Positions 23,759 through 32,448 of a DNA stretch of 64,000 nt are shown piece after piece (position 1 is the first letter of the stretch; the number at the start of each line of letters is the position of its first letter). Origin of the DNA: an uncultured Candidatus Micrarchaeota archaeon (GTDB lineage: Archaea; Micrarchaeota; Micrarchaeia; Burarchaeales; Fermentimicrarchaeaceae); NCBI GenBank assembly GCA_963760615.1, contig CAVXDX010000003.1, forward strand, positions 1 through 64,000. Reading direction: 5' to 3'. The position numbers and the translations under genes are program-made. The notes below the pieces were generated by a model. The model made no database searches. It was given only the letters and a program-made list of their open reading frames with translations, and was not told where the DNA came from.

Positions 23759-23983
23759 TTACTTCTCCCAAATTCTCCTTTTCTTTGTCTTCTTTACTAT
23801 CTCTTCATCACTCACTTCGTATTCTTGCTCTTCCTCCCACAACTCATCATCCCAGTTGTCATCATACTGGTCGTCTGCTGCGGAATACTCCATCTCCTCT
23901 TCATCCTCTCCGAGCTGTGCATCCTTCATGTCCTGCCACTGCTCCCACAGCTTCTCATCCTCTTCATCCATGCTTCTTTCCAT
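23759..23983 (-). CDS. Small highly acidic protein with basic C-terminal tip (74 aa)
   Basis: RBS-like GGTGGGAGG directly before the ATG. D/E-rich with Trp/Tyr, ending KKTKKRRIWEK. Confidence 0.65.
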   Translation of the reverse strand: MERSMDEEDEKLWEQWQDMKDAQLGEDEEEMEYSAADDQYDDNWDDELWEEEQEYEVSDEEIVKKTKKRRIWEK

Positions 23984-24109
23984 CCTCCCACCTTTTTTCC
24001 TCTCAGCTGTTCATAGAACAGTCTGAAAATAGGGCGACCCTCATCGCACACGCTCAGGCCTTCCCTGAGCATGACTTACGCTAGGGAATTTTAGCTCGCA
24101 AGAATCGGC

Positions 24110-24421
24110 TTAGTTAAACGCGAATTGCTCTCCCCAAGCGCCCATGCCCTTTCTCGCGGAGCGCTCGCTCAAAAGCAGGAAGCAGGACTCACAGTACTCA
24201 TTTCCGTCCAAAAAGACCCTGCCTTCCCAGCTCTCAAGCTTCCTGAAGCATCCGGCGCATCTCCTGCCTGCTTCATTGTCGTAGTAGCACTCGCTGCATA
24301 TTCTCATGCCGCTGAACCATGCAGTTTCATAGCCAGCTACATACCTTCCGCACCTGATGCAATGAAAGCCCTCAGCCTGCGCCATCAACTTCGCTCCGCA
24401 TTCCGGTTTGTCATTACCCAT
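24110..24421 (-). CDS. Cys-rich zinc-binding protein, LIM/double zinc-ribbon-like (103 aa)
   Basis: Four CxxC pairs (CIRC, CSEC, CAGC, CESC) spaced like two zinc fingers; GGGGGTGG RBS-like element upstream. Confidence 0.7.
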   Translation of the reverse strand: MGNDKPECGAKLMAQAEGFHCIRCGRYVAGYETAWFSGMRICSECYYDNEAGRRCAGCFRKLESWEGRVFLDGNEYCESCFLLLSERSARKGMGAWGEQFAFN

Positions 24422-24519
24422 TTAACCCACCCCCGGCTATGCGGAAAAAATCCGCTGGAAAAAAATCAAATGGCGCTAAAACCTCGCAGAAAAAGATGCA
24501 TAAAATATGACTCTTGGCA

Positions 24520-24679
24520 TAGAATAAGACATACCAGCTACGCTATACGAAAATAGCTTCCAAACCCACCTTACGGCGGTTTCACCCACTCTGCGCTGCA
24601 TTCATCCACGGGCAATGACTCCCGGAGATAAGCCCAGCGCGGGCTTAAGTCTGCCTTGCGACAGATTCGATTTATTCTA
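24520..24679 (-). ncRNA. Candidate structured non-coding RNA (~160 nt, multibranched, pseudoknot)
   Basis: Terminal stem TAGAATAA/TTATTCTA; hairpins capped by GCAA and GTAA with G-U pairs valid only on the minus strand; loop GCGCT complementary to downstream AGCGC; TTTATATA box at 24712-24705. Confidence 0.65.
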
Positions 24680-24704
24680 AGTGATAAGAACTAGCCAAAG
24701 GTGG

Positions 24705-24712
24705 TATATAAA
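24705..24712 (-). promoter_or_regulatory. TATA box upstream of the candidate ncRNA
   Basis: Minus-strand TTTATATA ~25 nt before the 5' arm of the terminal stem. Confidence 0.55.
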
Positions 24713-24770
24713 ACTAACGTCCTGAGAACAAGACTGTCAGAGAAAACGTATAAAAACAAAGAAACCTAGA

Positions 24771-24851
24771 CTACTCTTCCTCCTCATCTTCCTCGTCTAG
24801 GTCTTCTTCATCCCACTCCTCATCTTCATCATCCTCTTCATCCTCGTCCAA
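24771..24851 (-). CDS. Ultra-acidic micro-protein (26 aa, MDEDEEDDEDEEWDEEDLDEEDEEEE); alternative GTG start at 24860
   Basis: Not in the ORF track. GGGGTGAT RBS precedes the TTG; GAAAGGTATATAAA BRE/TATA lies at ~24903-24916 (minus); a T-rich stretch follows the TAG. Confidence 0.55.
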   Translation of the reverse strand: MDEDEEDDEDEEWDEEDLDEEDEEEE

Positions 24852-24927
24852 GCAAATCACCCCGTGGGCTGAAATATTGCTTGTTGATTACCTAATAAAG
24901 GTTTATATACCTTTCGCATATTCCTCT

Positions 24928-25461
24928 CTACGCTACTGCCTTCCTAAGCTCCCTACCCCAGCTCACCCAGCCTGCCCTTAACTTCTCACCCTTTCCATTC
25001 ACAATTTTCATTATCTCCTCAACATTTTTCTTCACGCTCTTGCCTGTCTCAACTTCATAAACTTTCTTGTAATTATCCAAGCTCCTGATTGTGCAGTAAT
25101 CGAGCAGCTCGCACAGCAGGTTTCCATTCAGCTTCTTCTCAGGGTAGCCCCTCTCTCTCAGTCTCTTCTCAAGAATCTCAGGCTTAGTCCTGCAGACTAT
25201 GGCAACATCACATTTCAGCTTCATCTCGCACGCCAAGTGGCCATCCACAATGCAATCCTTTCTGCTTCTGAGAAGCCCGTTTGCCTCTTGCTCCAGCTTT
25301 TTAAGTTTGACAACCCTGCTCCCGAACTCATCAACCACAGACCACAGTTTTTTCCTCTCAACAATTTCATTCAGGGATATCACTTCGAAGCCTTCCTTCC
25401 CCAGAGCATAGGCAATTGCCGTTTTCCCAGTGCCGGGCACACCGGTGAGGGCTATTTTCAT
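24928..25461 (-). CDS. Adenylate kinase AK6/Fap7 (hCINAP) family
   Basis: MKIALTGVPGTGKT P-loop, VDGHL motif, RGYPEKK..N..CE. Start moved to ATG at 25461 (track ORF is over-extended). Confidence 0.9.
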   Translation of the reverse strand: MKIALTGVPGTGKTAIAYALGKEGFEVISLNEIVERKKLWSVVDEFGSRVVKLKKLEQEANGLLRSRKDCIVDGHLACEMKLKCDVAIVCRTKPEILEKRLRERGYPEKKLNGNLLCELLDYCTIRSLDNYKKVYEVETGKSVKKNVEEIMKIVNGKGEKLRAGWVSWGRELRKAVA

Positions 25462-25554
25462 AAAGAGAATATGAAGAATGATAAATAAATACCTGTAGAG
25501 TGTGAAATAACTCACTTTTTTATATGAAGACTTCGCAATGATATAGGTGGAAAA

Positions 25555-26967
25555 TTGTCCAATGGAGTAGTCAAGGAAGGGCAGCCGATGAGCGAGGCTG
25601 TTAAGCATCTGAGACTTGATACTGAGCATTCCAAGGGCGAAAGAAAAATCAACTTCTTATACGATGGCTGGAATGCCACAATAGGAACTGCATCCCATAC
25701 ACAACTTGGAAAAGTGGAGCGGGAGCACATCCAGATACATGATAAAGATGGACTGGTTTCAGAAGTTCATGGACAAGTGTCATTTGAGAATGGAAGGATA
25801 TACTATACGCATCTCACCGACAAGCCAACGTTTCTAGTTAACGCAGACGGAAAGCCTGCCCTCACCATAATGGAAAAAAATCAAAAAATCGCAATCGATC
25901 CATCTCAGACTCTCATCCTTCCGGATCACAGCAAGATATCATTCATGTTCGGAGTAGATGTAAGAGTAAGCGAGCCAGAGCAGGCTAAAGCACCAAAGAC
26001 ACGGCAAGTCACCTTGGAGGAAATGATAGAGACAGTTGAAAGTAGAAACGCAAGCGTGCTGAAGACATTCCTGAATAATATCTCTGAGATGCTAGAAAAG
26101 GAGAGAGAGGCAGGGAAACATGGAATGGGAATTGACTACAATATGCATCAGATTAGAAGTGGAATGTGGGTTGAGGGTTCGCTCGTTCATGTGCAAAAGG
26201 GGAAAGGAGTGCTGTACATTGTTGGTGACCTGCACAGTAGCCCTGAGTGCCTAGAGCGCATCCTCAAGGAAACTGATTTTGTTAATAGGGCAAGTAAGGG
26301 GGAGAATGTCTATATGGTCTTCATGGGTGACTATGCCGATAGAAATGAGAAAGTGGGGGACGGGGATAAAGTTGCCCAGATGGTTGTGAGCTTGAAGTGG
26401 CGATTCCCTGACAAGGTTTCTGCTCTGGCAGGCAACCATGAGCTTCAACAGCCAAGTACAAGACCGCATGAGTTTCCTTCAGAGCTTGAGAGCAAATATA
26501 GAGAAGAGGGGCCGGCGGTTTATCTGGCATATAGAAAACTTTTCGAGAATATGCCGATTGCCGTGAAAACAGAGAATGGAGTTTTTATAACCCATGCAGG
26601 TGCAGCCAGCACTGTCAGGAGTCTGTCCGATGTAATAAACCCTAGCAGACAAACTAAGATACAGATGACCTGGAATGACCCAAATCAATATACCTCGGGC
26701 TATGCAATAAACAGCGCAAGAGGGTTTGAGGAGTTGGATGAGGACAAGGCATTTGTTTTTGGCGAGGATGCTCTGAACTCTTTCCTAGGCGCTGTTGGCT
26801 CAAGAGTTATGGTGAGAGCCCACGAGCAGAGAGTCAGCCACGAACTCAACGGCAAATGCTTGACCTTAAACTCAACCAGTTACAAGAACAAAGAGAAGGC
26901 ATATGCAGTTGTTGATTTATCAAAAGATGTCTATAACACGAATCAGATAGAAATACACCACTTCTAA
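25555..26967 (+). CDS. PPP-family Ser/Thr metallophosphatase with N-terminal degenerate FHA-like domain
   Basis: GDLHS, GDYADRN, GNHE, THAG, WNDP, RAHE motifs. N-terminal IG...VSEVHGQVSFENGRIYYTHL...VN resembles an FHA domain. Confidence 0.85.
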   Translation: MSNGVVKEGQPMSEAVKHLRLDTEHSKGERKINFLYDGWNATIGTASHTQLGKVEREHIQIHDKDGLVSEVHGQVSFENGRIYYTHLTDKPTFLVNADGKPALTIMEKNQKIAIDPSQTLILPDHSKISFMFGVDVRVSEPEQAKAPKTRQVTLEEMIETVESRNASVLKTFLNNISEMLEKEREAGKHGMGIDYNMHQIRSGMWVEGSLVHVQKGKGVLYIVGDLHSSPECLERILKETDFVNRASKGENVYMVFMGDYADRNEKVGDGDKVAQMVVSLKWRFPDKVSALAGNHELQQPSTRPHEFPSELESKYREEGPAVYLAYRKLFENMPIAVKTENGVFITHAGAASTVRSLSDVINPSRQTKIQMTWNDPNQYTSGYAINSARGFEELDEDKAFVFGEDALNSFLGAVGSRVMVRAHEQRVSHELNGKCLTLNSTSYKNKEKAYAVVDLSKDVYNTNQIEIHHF

Positions 26968-27012
26968 TCTACGCAATTAATTTATAACTTGTGAAATTAT
27001 ATAGGTGTCTTT

Positions 27013-27843
27013 ATGCGCTATCCCGCAGTTGCAGGTGCATTCTACCATTCTGGAGCCGAGCAGCTAAAGAAGGATGTCGAGGAGTGCTTCAGGAAAGGGG
27101 CCGGCATGCCCAAACCCGGAGCTGGAAAGAAGCTTCTTGCAGTAGTTTCCCCCCACGCCGGGTATGTCTACTCCGGCTGGGTTGCTTCTTTTGCTTACAG
27201 TGAGATATTCCAAAATTATTCACAGCCCCCAACTTTTGTGATATTGGGACCAAACCACACGGGAAGAGGGAGCGGAGTTGCCCTCTCACAGGAGGACTGG
27301 GAAACGCCACTGGGTCTTGTCAGCAATGATGAAGAGCTGGGGAAGCTCATTCAGAAGAATTCAAAAATAGTTGATTTTGATGAGGAGGCGCATGCGAGGG
27401 AGCATTCAGTTGAAGTACAGCTGCCGTTCCTGCAGTTTCTCTACAATGATCTCAAATTCGTACCAATATGCATCGGGCTAGGGGATTATGAAACCGCAGA
27501 GGATATTGCGAATGCGGTTTTCAAAGCATCGAAAGAAGTTAAGAGAGATATTCTTGTAATAGCCAGCTCTGACTTCACCCATTTTGAGGATGCACAGAGC
27601 GCAAAGAGGAAGGATGAATCTGCACTGAAACATGTTGAGAAACTGGATGCTAAAGGTTTTTTCAATGAGGTGACATCCAATGATATCTCAATATGCGGCT
27701 ATATGCCGATAACGGTTGCAATCCTCTATTCAAGGCTGAGGGGAGGGAAGGAGGCGAAGATTCTGAAGTATGCTAATTCCGGTGATGTCACAAGGGACTA
27801 CCACGAGGTCGTTGCCTATTGCTCAATTGCATTTTCCAAGTAG
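27013..27843 (+). CDS. MEMO1 family protein (AmmeMemoRadiSam protein B)
   Basis: RYPAVAGAFY, PHAGYVYSG, GPNHTG, EHSVEVQLPFLQ, SSDFTH, SICG motifs. Confidence 0.95.
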   Translation: MRYPAVAGAFYHSGAEQLKKDVEECFRKGAGMPKPGAGKKLLAVVSPHAGYVYSGWVASFAYSEIFQNYSQPPTFVILGPNHTGRGSGVALSQEDWETPLGLVSNDEELGKLIQKNSKIVDFDEEAHAREHSVEVQLPFLQFLYNDLKFVPICIGLGDYETAEDIANAVFKASKEVKRDILVIASSDFTHFEDAQSAKRKDESALKHVEKLDAKGFFNEVTSNDISICGYMPITVAILYSRLRGGKEAKILKYANSGDVTRDYHEVVAYCSIAFSK

Positions 27844-27874
27844 CTATAAAAAGAGGAAAGTCCAAAACTAATTC

Positions 27875-28531
27875 ATGGCACTGAGAATAGTACCCGCCGA
27901 ATATACATCACTGGGTTCTGCAATGAGCGATAGAATCAATCAGTCTGAAAGAGTTAAAAATATACAGATTATGTTAAAGACACAAGAGAGGCTAATGGGC
28001 GATTTGGAGAGCGACGGCTGGCTCACAATAAAAGATTTCACTCTTATTTACAACAGTACGATTAAGAATCTCAAGGATTTTGACTACATAACCAAAAACA
28101 GGATATGCGCTCTACCAACGGACAAGGAATTTGTGAAAATGCTTGCCGAGGATATAGCTATTTTCATGAGGGAGACAACAGAATACGTGTGGGATGCAAC
28201 TCCGGATCTAAAGGAACGCGGTTCAAAAAATGTGGAAGAGATGAATGAATTCGTAACTCACCTACTCAAAAGACCGGAGCTGTGCAATACTCCCTCCTCT
28301 CAGATGAAAAGGGATAAGCATAACCGCGTTGGATTGTTAAGTGAGAGCGGAAATATCTCAGACCCGACGCAAAAAATCTTCGAGGCGGTGAAGAAATATT
28401 ATGAGGAGAATCTCGAAGGGGTCAGGATACCAATACGTGACCTTCTGATTATCCGTGACACGATAGAGTTGACTTGGGAGGTCGACTCCTCTTTTAACAA
28501 GAAACCATCAAGACTTCGTTATGAGGCGTAA
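27875..28531 (+). CDS. Hypothetical protein (218 aa)
   Basis: Well-sized ORF between MEMO1 and ubiX on the same strand; no recognisable motif. Confidence 0.7.
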   Translation: MALRIVPAEYTSLGSAMSDRINQSERVKNIQIMLKTQERLMGDLESDGWLTIKDFTLIYNSTIKNLKDFDYITKNRICALPTDKEFVKMLAEDIAIFMRETTEYVWDATPDLKERGSKNVEEMNEFVTHLLKRPELCNTPSSQMKRDKHNRVGLLSESGNISDPTQKIFEAVKKYYEENLEGVRIPIRDLLIIRDTIELTWEVDSSFNKKPSRLRYEA

Positions 28532-28575
28532 ATGCCAAGCTAACCTATAAAAATGCCTGCAGCTCAATCTAAACC

Positions 28576-29130
28576 ATGAAACTGATTCTCGCCTTGACAG
28601 GAGCTTCAGGAATCCAGATCGGCATAAGGCTAGCCGAAACTCTGAAGGAGCATGAGCTGAGCATAGTTGTGAGCGAGAACGCAAGGAAAGTTATCGAGCA
28701 TGAAGTTGGAGACTCGAAAAAGGTTGTGGCAGAGTTAAGGCAGTACGGAAAGCTGTACGATGAATCAGAGATAGGCGCCCCTCCTGCGTCCGGCTCCTCC
28801 CTTTTCGATGCCATGGTGGTATGCCCGTGCTCCATGAAAACGCTCTCCGCAATTGCGAATGGTTACTGCTGCAATCTAATAACCAGGAGCGCTGATGTGA
28901 TGCTCAAGGAGGGCAGGAAGCTCATACTCGTCCCGAGGGAAACCCCTGTCAGCGCCGTTCACCTTGAGAACATGCTGAAGCTCTCCAGGCTGGGAGTCGT
29001 CATACTTCCCGCTTCACCTGCATTTTACCACAAGCCAAAGAAGCTTGAGGACATGGTTGATTTCATAGTGGGCAAGATTCTGGATTCACTGAGGATTGAG
29101 AATAAGCTCTACAAGAGGTGGAGTGTGTAA
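28576..29130 (+). CDS. ubiX: Flavin prenyltransferase UbiX
   Basis: LTGASG, ASGSS, PCSMKTLSAIA, RSADVMLKEGRKLILVPRETP, PASPAFYHKP. Confidence 0.95.
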   Translation: MKLILALTGASGIQIGIRLAETLKEHELSIVVSENARKVIEHEVGDSKKVVAELRQYGKLYDESEIGAPPASGSSLFDAMVVCPCSMKTLSAIANGYCCNLITRSADVMLKEGRKLILVPRETPVSAVHLENMLKLSRLGVVILPASPAFYHKPKKLEDMVDFIVGKILDSLRIENKLYKRWSV

Positions 29131-29492
29131 TGAAAATCACCGTTGGCGTAATATTCCTTGTTATGGGTGCACTCCTTGTTTCTCTGGGGTTGGCAGTCCC
29201 ATCACAAAACCACCTGAGCTTGGAGCTGGTGGACATCGTAACAATGCTTCTTCTGTGGCTCTTCTCACTGTCAATCTTCATGTTCCACGAGAAAATTTTC
29301 CGCAAGGACAGGATTCTGCTTGTTGTCCTGCCTGTGCTTGCCCTCAGCTTTGCCTGGCTTCTGCTCAACCTCGGTTATCTTCTGTCCTTTGGCATACAGG
29401 ATTTCAATCTCTACGCAGTTCTGCTGGGCTGGTGTTTCTTCAACTCCGGTTTATACTATGATACGCGAGAAGTTTTGAAAGCTGTGAGGTGA
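29130..29492 (+). CDS. Small polytopic membrane protein (~4 TM)
   Basis: ATG overlaps the ubiX stop (TAATG); hydrophobic throughout. Confidence 0.7.
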   Translation: MKITVGVIFLVMGALLVSLGLAVPSQNHLSLELVDIVTMLLLWLFSLSIFMFHEKIFRKDRILLVVLPVLALSFAWLLLNLGYLLSFGIQDFNLYAVLLGWCFFNSGLYYDTREVLKAVR

Positions 29493-29496
29493 GAGT

Positions 29497-29574
29497 ATGA
29501 TAGGAGAGCTGTTATTTGGTGCGATTGGTTTGAAGAAAATGCTGGAGCCTTTCAAGTCCGACCCGCCGCTTTGA
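29497..29574 (+). CDS. Candidate 25-aa micro-protein (MIGELLFGAIGLKKMLEPFKSDPPL)
   Basis: GAGGTGA RBS upstream of the ATG; its TGA overlaps the GAGGTGA RBS of the ubiD-like gene; it fills the gap in a tightly packed operon. Confidence 0.4.
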   Translation: MIGELLFGAIGLKKMLEPFKSDPPL

Positions 29575-29583
29575 GGTGATGGC

Positions 29584-30876
29584 ATGCTCAGGGATTTCAT
29601 AAAAAGGCTCAAGCTTTCAAAGGAGCTTGTTGTCATAAAGAAGCCAGTAAGCAAGAAGTTCATTGCAGCGGGCATACTGAAAGAGCTGGATGGGAGGCCG
29701 GTGCTTTTTGAGAGAATAAAAGAGAGCAAATTCCAGGTCATCGGGAATGTTTTCTCAAGCAGGGAGCTCATTGCGAAATCTCTTGGAGTAAAGAAGAAGA
29801 AACTGATTTTCAAGATTGCCAATGCCATCGACAACCCGAGCGAGCCTCAACTTGTTGAAAAAGCCCAGTGCCATGAGGTTGTTGAGGAAGGGGTTGACCT
29901 GAACAGACTTCCAATAATGACCCACTGCGAGAAGGACGGAGGCCCTTATGTGGCTTCAGGCGTTGTCGTTGCAAAGGATCCTGAGCTGGGGAGAAATATC
30001 TCCTTCCACCGGCTGATGCAGCTTGACAACAGAAGATTTGCAATCAGGATACTCCCGAGGCACTTGAACGAATTCCTGAAAAGGAGCGGAGGGGAGCTTG
30101 ACGTTGCAGTATGCATAGGCAACTCTGTAAACTTCCTTCTCGGAGCGGCAACTTCTGTTGAGCTGGGCTTTGATGAGATGAAAATAGCAAATGCTTTGGA
30201 AAAGCTGCCAATTGCCAGGTGCAAGACAGTGGATGTTGAGGTTCCTGCTCACAGCGAGTTTGTGCTTGAGGGCAGAATCACAAAGGAGATTGTTCCAGAG
30301 GGTCCTTTTGTTGATTTGACTGAAACCTATGATGTCATCAGGGAGCAGAATGTTCTTGAGATAAGAAAAATAACCCACAGGAAGGATGCATTATATCATG
30401 CGCTTCTTCCAGGCTGTAATGAGCATAAACTTCTCATGGGTATGCCCAAAGAACCGACAATTTTCAGGGAGGTTAACAAGGTTTGCAAATGCAAGGATGT
30501 CAACCTCACTCTCGGAGGTTGCTCCTGGCTGCATGCAATTGTTAGGATAAGCAAGAGAGATGAGGATGACGGCAGAAAAGCTATTGAGGCGGCTTTCAAA
30601 GGGCATGCCTCCCTCAAGCACGTGCTCATTGTGGATGATGATATAGACATACACAACCCGCTTGATGTGGAATGGGCAATCGCCACAAGATTCCAGGCTA
30701 AGGATGGGCTTGTCGTCAAGCCTAAGGAGAAAGGCTCCTCCCTGGACCCGTCTGCGAATCCATACACCAGAGACACAAGCAAAATGGGGCTGGATGTGAC
30801 CAAGCCTCTAAAGAATTATCTGAAGGATTTCAAGAAGGCGCCGTTTCCGAAAGTCAAGCTCTGGAGGTATCTCTGA
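29584..30876 (+). CDS. UbiD-family decarboxylase, probable anhydromevalonate phosphate decarboxylase
   Basis: UbiD motifs (RNISFHR, EGPFVDLTETYD, KHVLIVDDDIDI, LDPS). Clustered with ubiX, AcnX, ipk and fni. Confidence 0.9.
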   Translation: MLRDFIKRLKLSKELVVIKKPVSKKFIAAGILKELDGRPVLFERIKESKFQVIGNVFSSRELIAKSLGVKKKKLIFKIANAIDNPSEPQLVEKAQCHEVVEEGVDLNRLPIMTHCEKDGGPYVASGVVVAKDPELGRNISFHRLMQLDNRRFAIRILPRHLNEFLKRSGGELDVAVCIGNSVNFLLGAATSVELGFDEMKIANALEKLPIARCKTVDVEVPAHSEFVLEGRITKEIVPEGPFVDLTETYDVIREQNVLEIRKITHRKDALYHALLPGCNEHKLLMGMPKEPTIFREVNKVCKCKDVNLTLGGCSWLHAIVRISKRDEDDGRKAIEAAFKGHASLKHVLIVDDDIDIHNPLDVEWAIATRFQAKDGLVVKPKEKGSSLDPSANPYTRDTSKMGLDVTKPLKNYLKDFKKAPFPKVKLWRYL

Positions 30877-32042
30877 TGCACCTTACAAGGGAAGAGGAGA
30901 ATATACTTAACGGGGAGAATGGAGCTTCGGCAGCCAAGGCTATGGAGATACTGGCTGCCCTTGGGAGAATTTTCAACGCGGAGAGGCTCATCCCGGTGAC
31001 CTCTGCACAGATATCAGGTGTGAGCTACAAGACCATAGGGGATGGGGGGCTGGAGTTTCTGGAGAGCTTCGCAAAGGATGGAAAGGTCAGAATACCAAGC
31101 TACCTCAATCCGGCTGGAATGGACCTGGAGGAATGGGAATCCTTGGGCTTTCCAAAGGAGTTTGCGAGGAAGCAGATGAGGATAATACGTGCATACCAGA
31201 AGATGGGAGTTGAGGCAACATGCACCTGCACGCCATACCTCATAGGAATCCTCCCGAAGAGGGGAGAGCACATAGCATGGAGCGAGAGCTCTGCAGTAGT
31301 CTTTGCCAATTCCGCCTTGGGGGCAAGGACGAACAGGGAGAGCGGCATTAGCGCCCTCGCCTCTGCGATTACTGGAAAGACTCCATACTTTGGCTACCAC
31401 CTGGATGAGCACAGGGTTGCGGAAGTGCTTGTTGATGTGAAGGCGAAACTTGAGGACCTTTCCGATTTTGGGGCGCTTGGGATATACGCAGGAGCAGTGG
31501 CAAAGCAGAGGGTTGTCGCATTTGAAGGAATTGACACAGTGACCGTTGATGAGGTCAAAACTCTTGGGGCTGCTCTTGCCGCATCCGGAGCTGTTGCGTT
31601 GTTCTTCATAAAAGGCATCACCGACGAGTGGAGGGTTGTCAGCAAGCCCGAGCGTGTGGAGTTTGGCGCCAGAGAGCTCAGGGCAGCCAGGGAAAACCTC
31701 GTCTCCTCAAAGGATGCAGAGCTTGTGGCAATTGGATGCCCCCACTGCTCTCTTGAGGAAATACGCGAGATAGCTGAGAGAGTAAGAGGGAGGAAGCTTA
31801 AGAGAAAGCTGTGGGTGTGCACTGCAAGAAAAATCAAGAGCAAAGCTGACAAGCTCGGTTTGACAAAAATAATCGAGGAGGCGGGTGGAAAGGTTGTGAG
31901 CGACACGTGCATGGTGGTATGCCCGCTTGAGGAGATGGGCTTTGAACGCACTGCTGTCAACTCCGGAAAGGCGGCTCACTACCTCCCGAGCTTCTGCAAG
32001 CAGAAGGTTCTTTTCGGCTCAATTAGGGATATACTGAAGTGA
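30876..32042 (+). CDS. Aconitase X catalytic subunit, probable phosphomevalonate dehydratase large subunit
   Basis: TCTCTPY, WSESSAV, ARTNRE, IGCPHCS, DTCMVV motifs; coupled to the ubiD-like gene. Confidence 0.9.
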   Translation: MHLTREEENILNGENGASAAKAMEILAALGRIFNAERLIPVTSAQISGVSYKTIGDGGLEFLESFAKDGKVRIPSYLNPAGMDLEEWESLGFPKEFARKQMRIIRAYQKMGVEATCTCTPYLIGILPKRGEHIAWSESSAVVFANSALGARTNRESGISALASAITGKTPYFGYHLDEHRVAEVLVDVKAKLEDLSDFGALGIYAGAVAKQRVVAFEGIDTVTVDEVKTLGAALAASGAVALFFIKGITDEWRVVSKPERVEFGARELRAARENLVSSKDAELVAIGCPHCSLEEIREIAERVRGRKLKRKLWVCTARKIKSKADKLGLTKIIEEAGGKVVSDTCMVVCPLEEMGFERTAVNSGKAAHYLPSFCKQKVLFGSIRDILK

Positions 32043-32046
32043 TGCT

Positions 32047-32448
32047 ATGAAAATAAAAGGAAGAGCAATTTCAAAAGGAAAAGCAGAGGGAGAAGCTCTT
32101 GTCAGCAGGGAAGCAATAAGCTTCCTTGGAGAGCTTGACACGAAGACAGGGGTTGTGGTCAACTCAAAGCACCCCCTCTTCAACAAATGCATAGCGGGCA
32201 AAATTCTGGTCTTCCCTAGGGGCAGGGGCTCAACTGTAGGTTCGTACGCAATGTACCAGCTCAAGAAAAATGGAAAGGCCCCCAAGGCAATCATCAATGA
32301 AGAGGCCGAGGTGATTGTCGCAGTAGGTGCAATCATTTCTGAAATTCCCATGGTTGACAAGCTGGAGAGGAAAGGATTCAAGCTTATAAAGAATGGAAGC
32401 AAAGTTGTTGTGGATGGAAATAAAGGTATTGTCGAGGTATCAAAATGA
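32047..32448 (+). CDS. Aconitase X swivel subunit (DUF126), probable phosphomevalonate dehydratase small subunit
   Basis: [34 protein letters not shown]. Confidence 0.9.
   Translation: MKIKGRAISKGKAEGEALVSREAISFLGELDTKTGVVVNSKHPLFNKCIAGKILVFPRGRGSTVGSYAMYQLKKNGKAPKAIINEEAEVIVAVGAIISEIPMVDKLERKGFKLIKNGSKVVVDGNKGIVEVSK

Noticed and set aside
24520-24679. Assignment as RNase P, SRP, 5S rRNA, hammerhead or ZTP/THF riboswitch
   Set aside because: Diagnostic cores (GAGGAAAGUCC, SRP helix-8 motif, CUGAUGA, ordered riboswitch motifs) are absent. Only short partial look-alikes occur.
25462-25629. 56-aa N-terminal extension of the AK6/Fap7 ORF in the track
   Set aside because: It overlaps the divergent phosphatase start and promoter DNA. 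The family begins at MKIALTG (25461).
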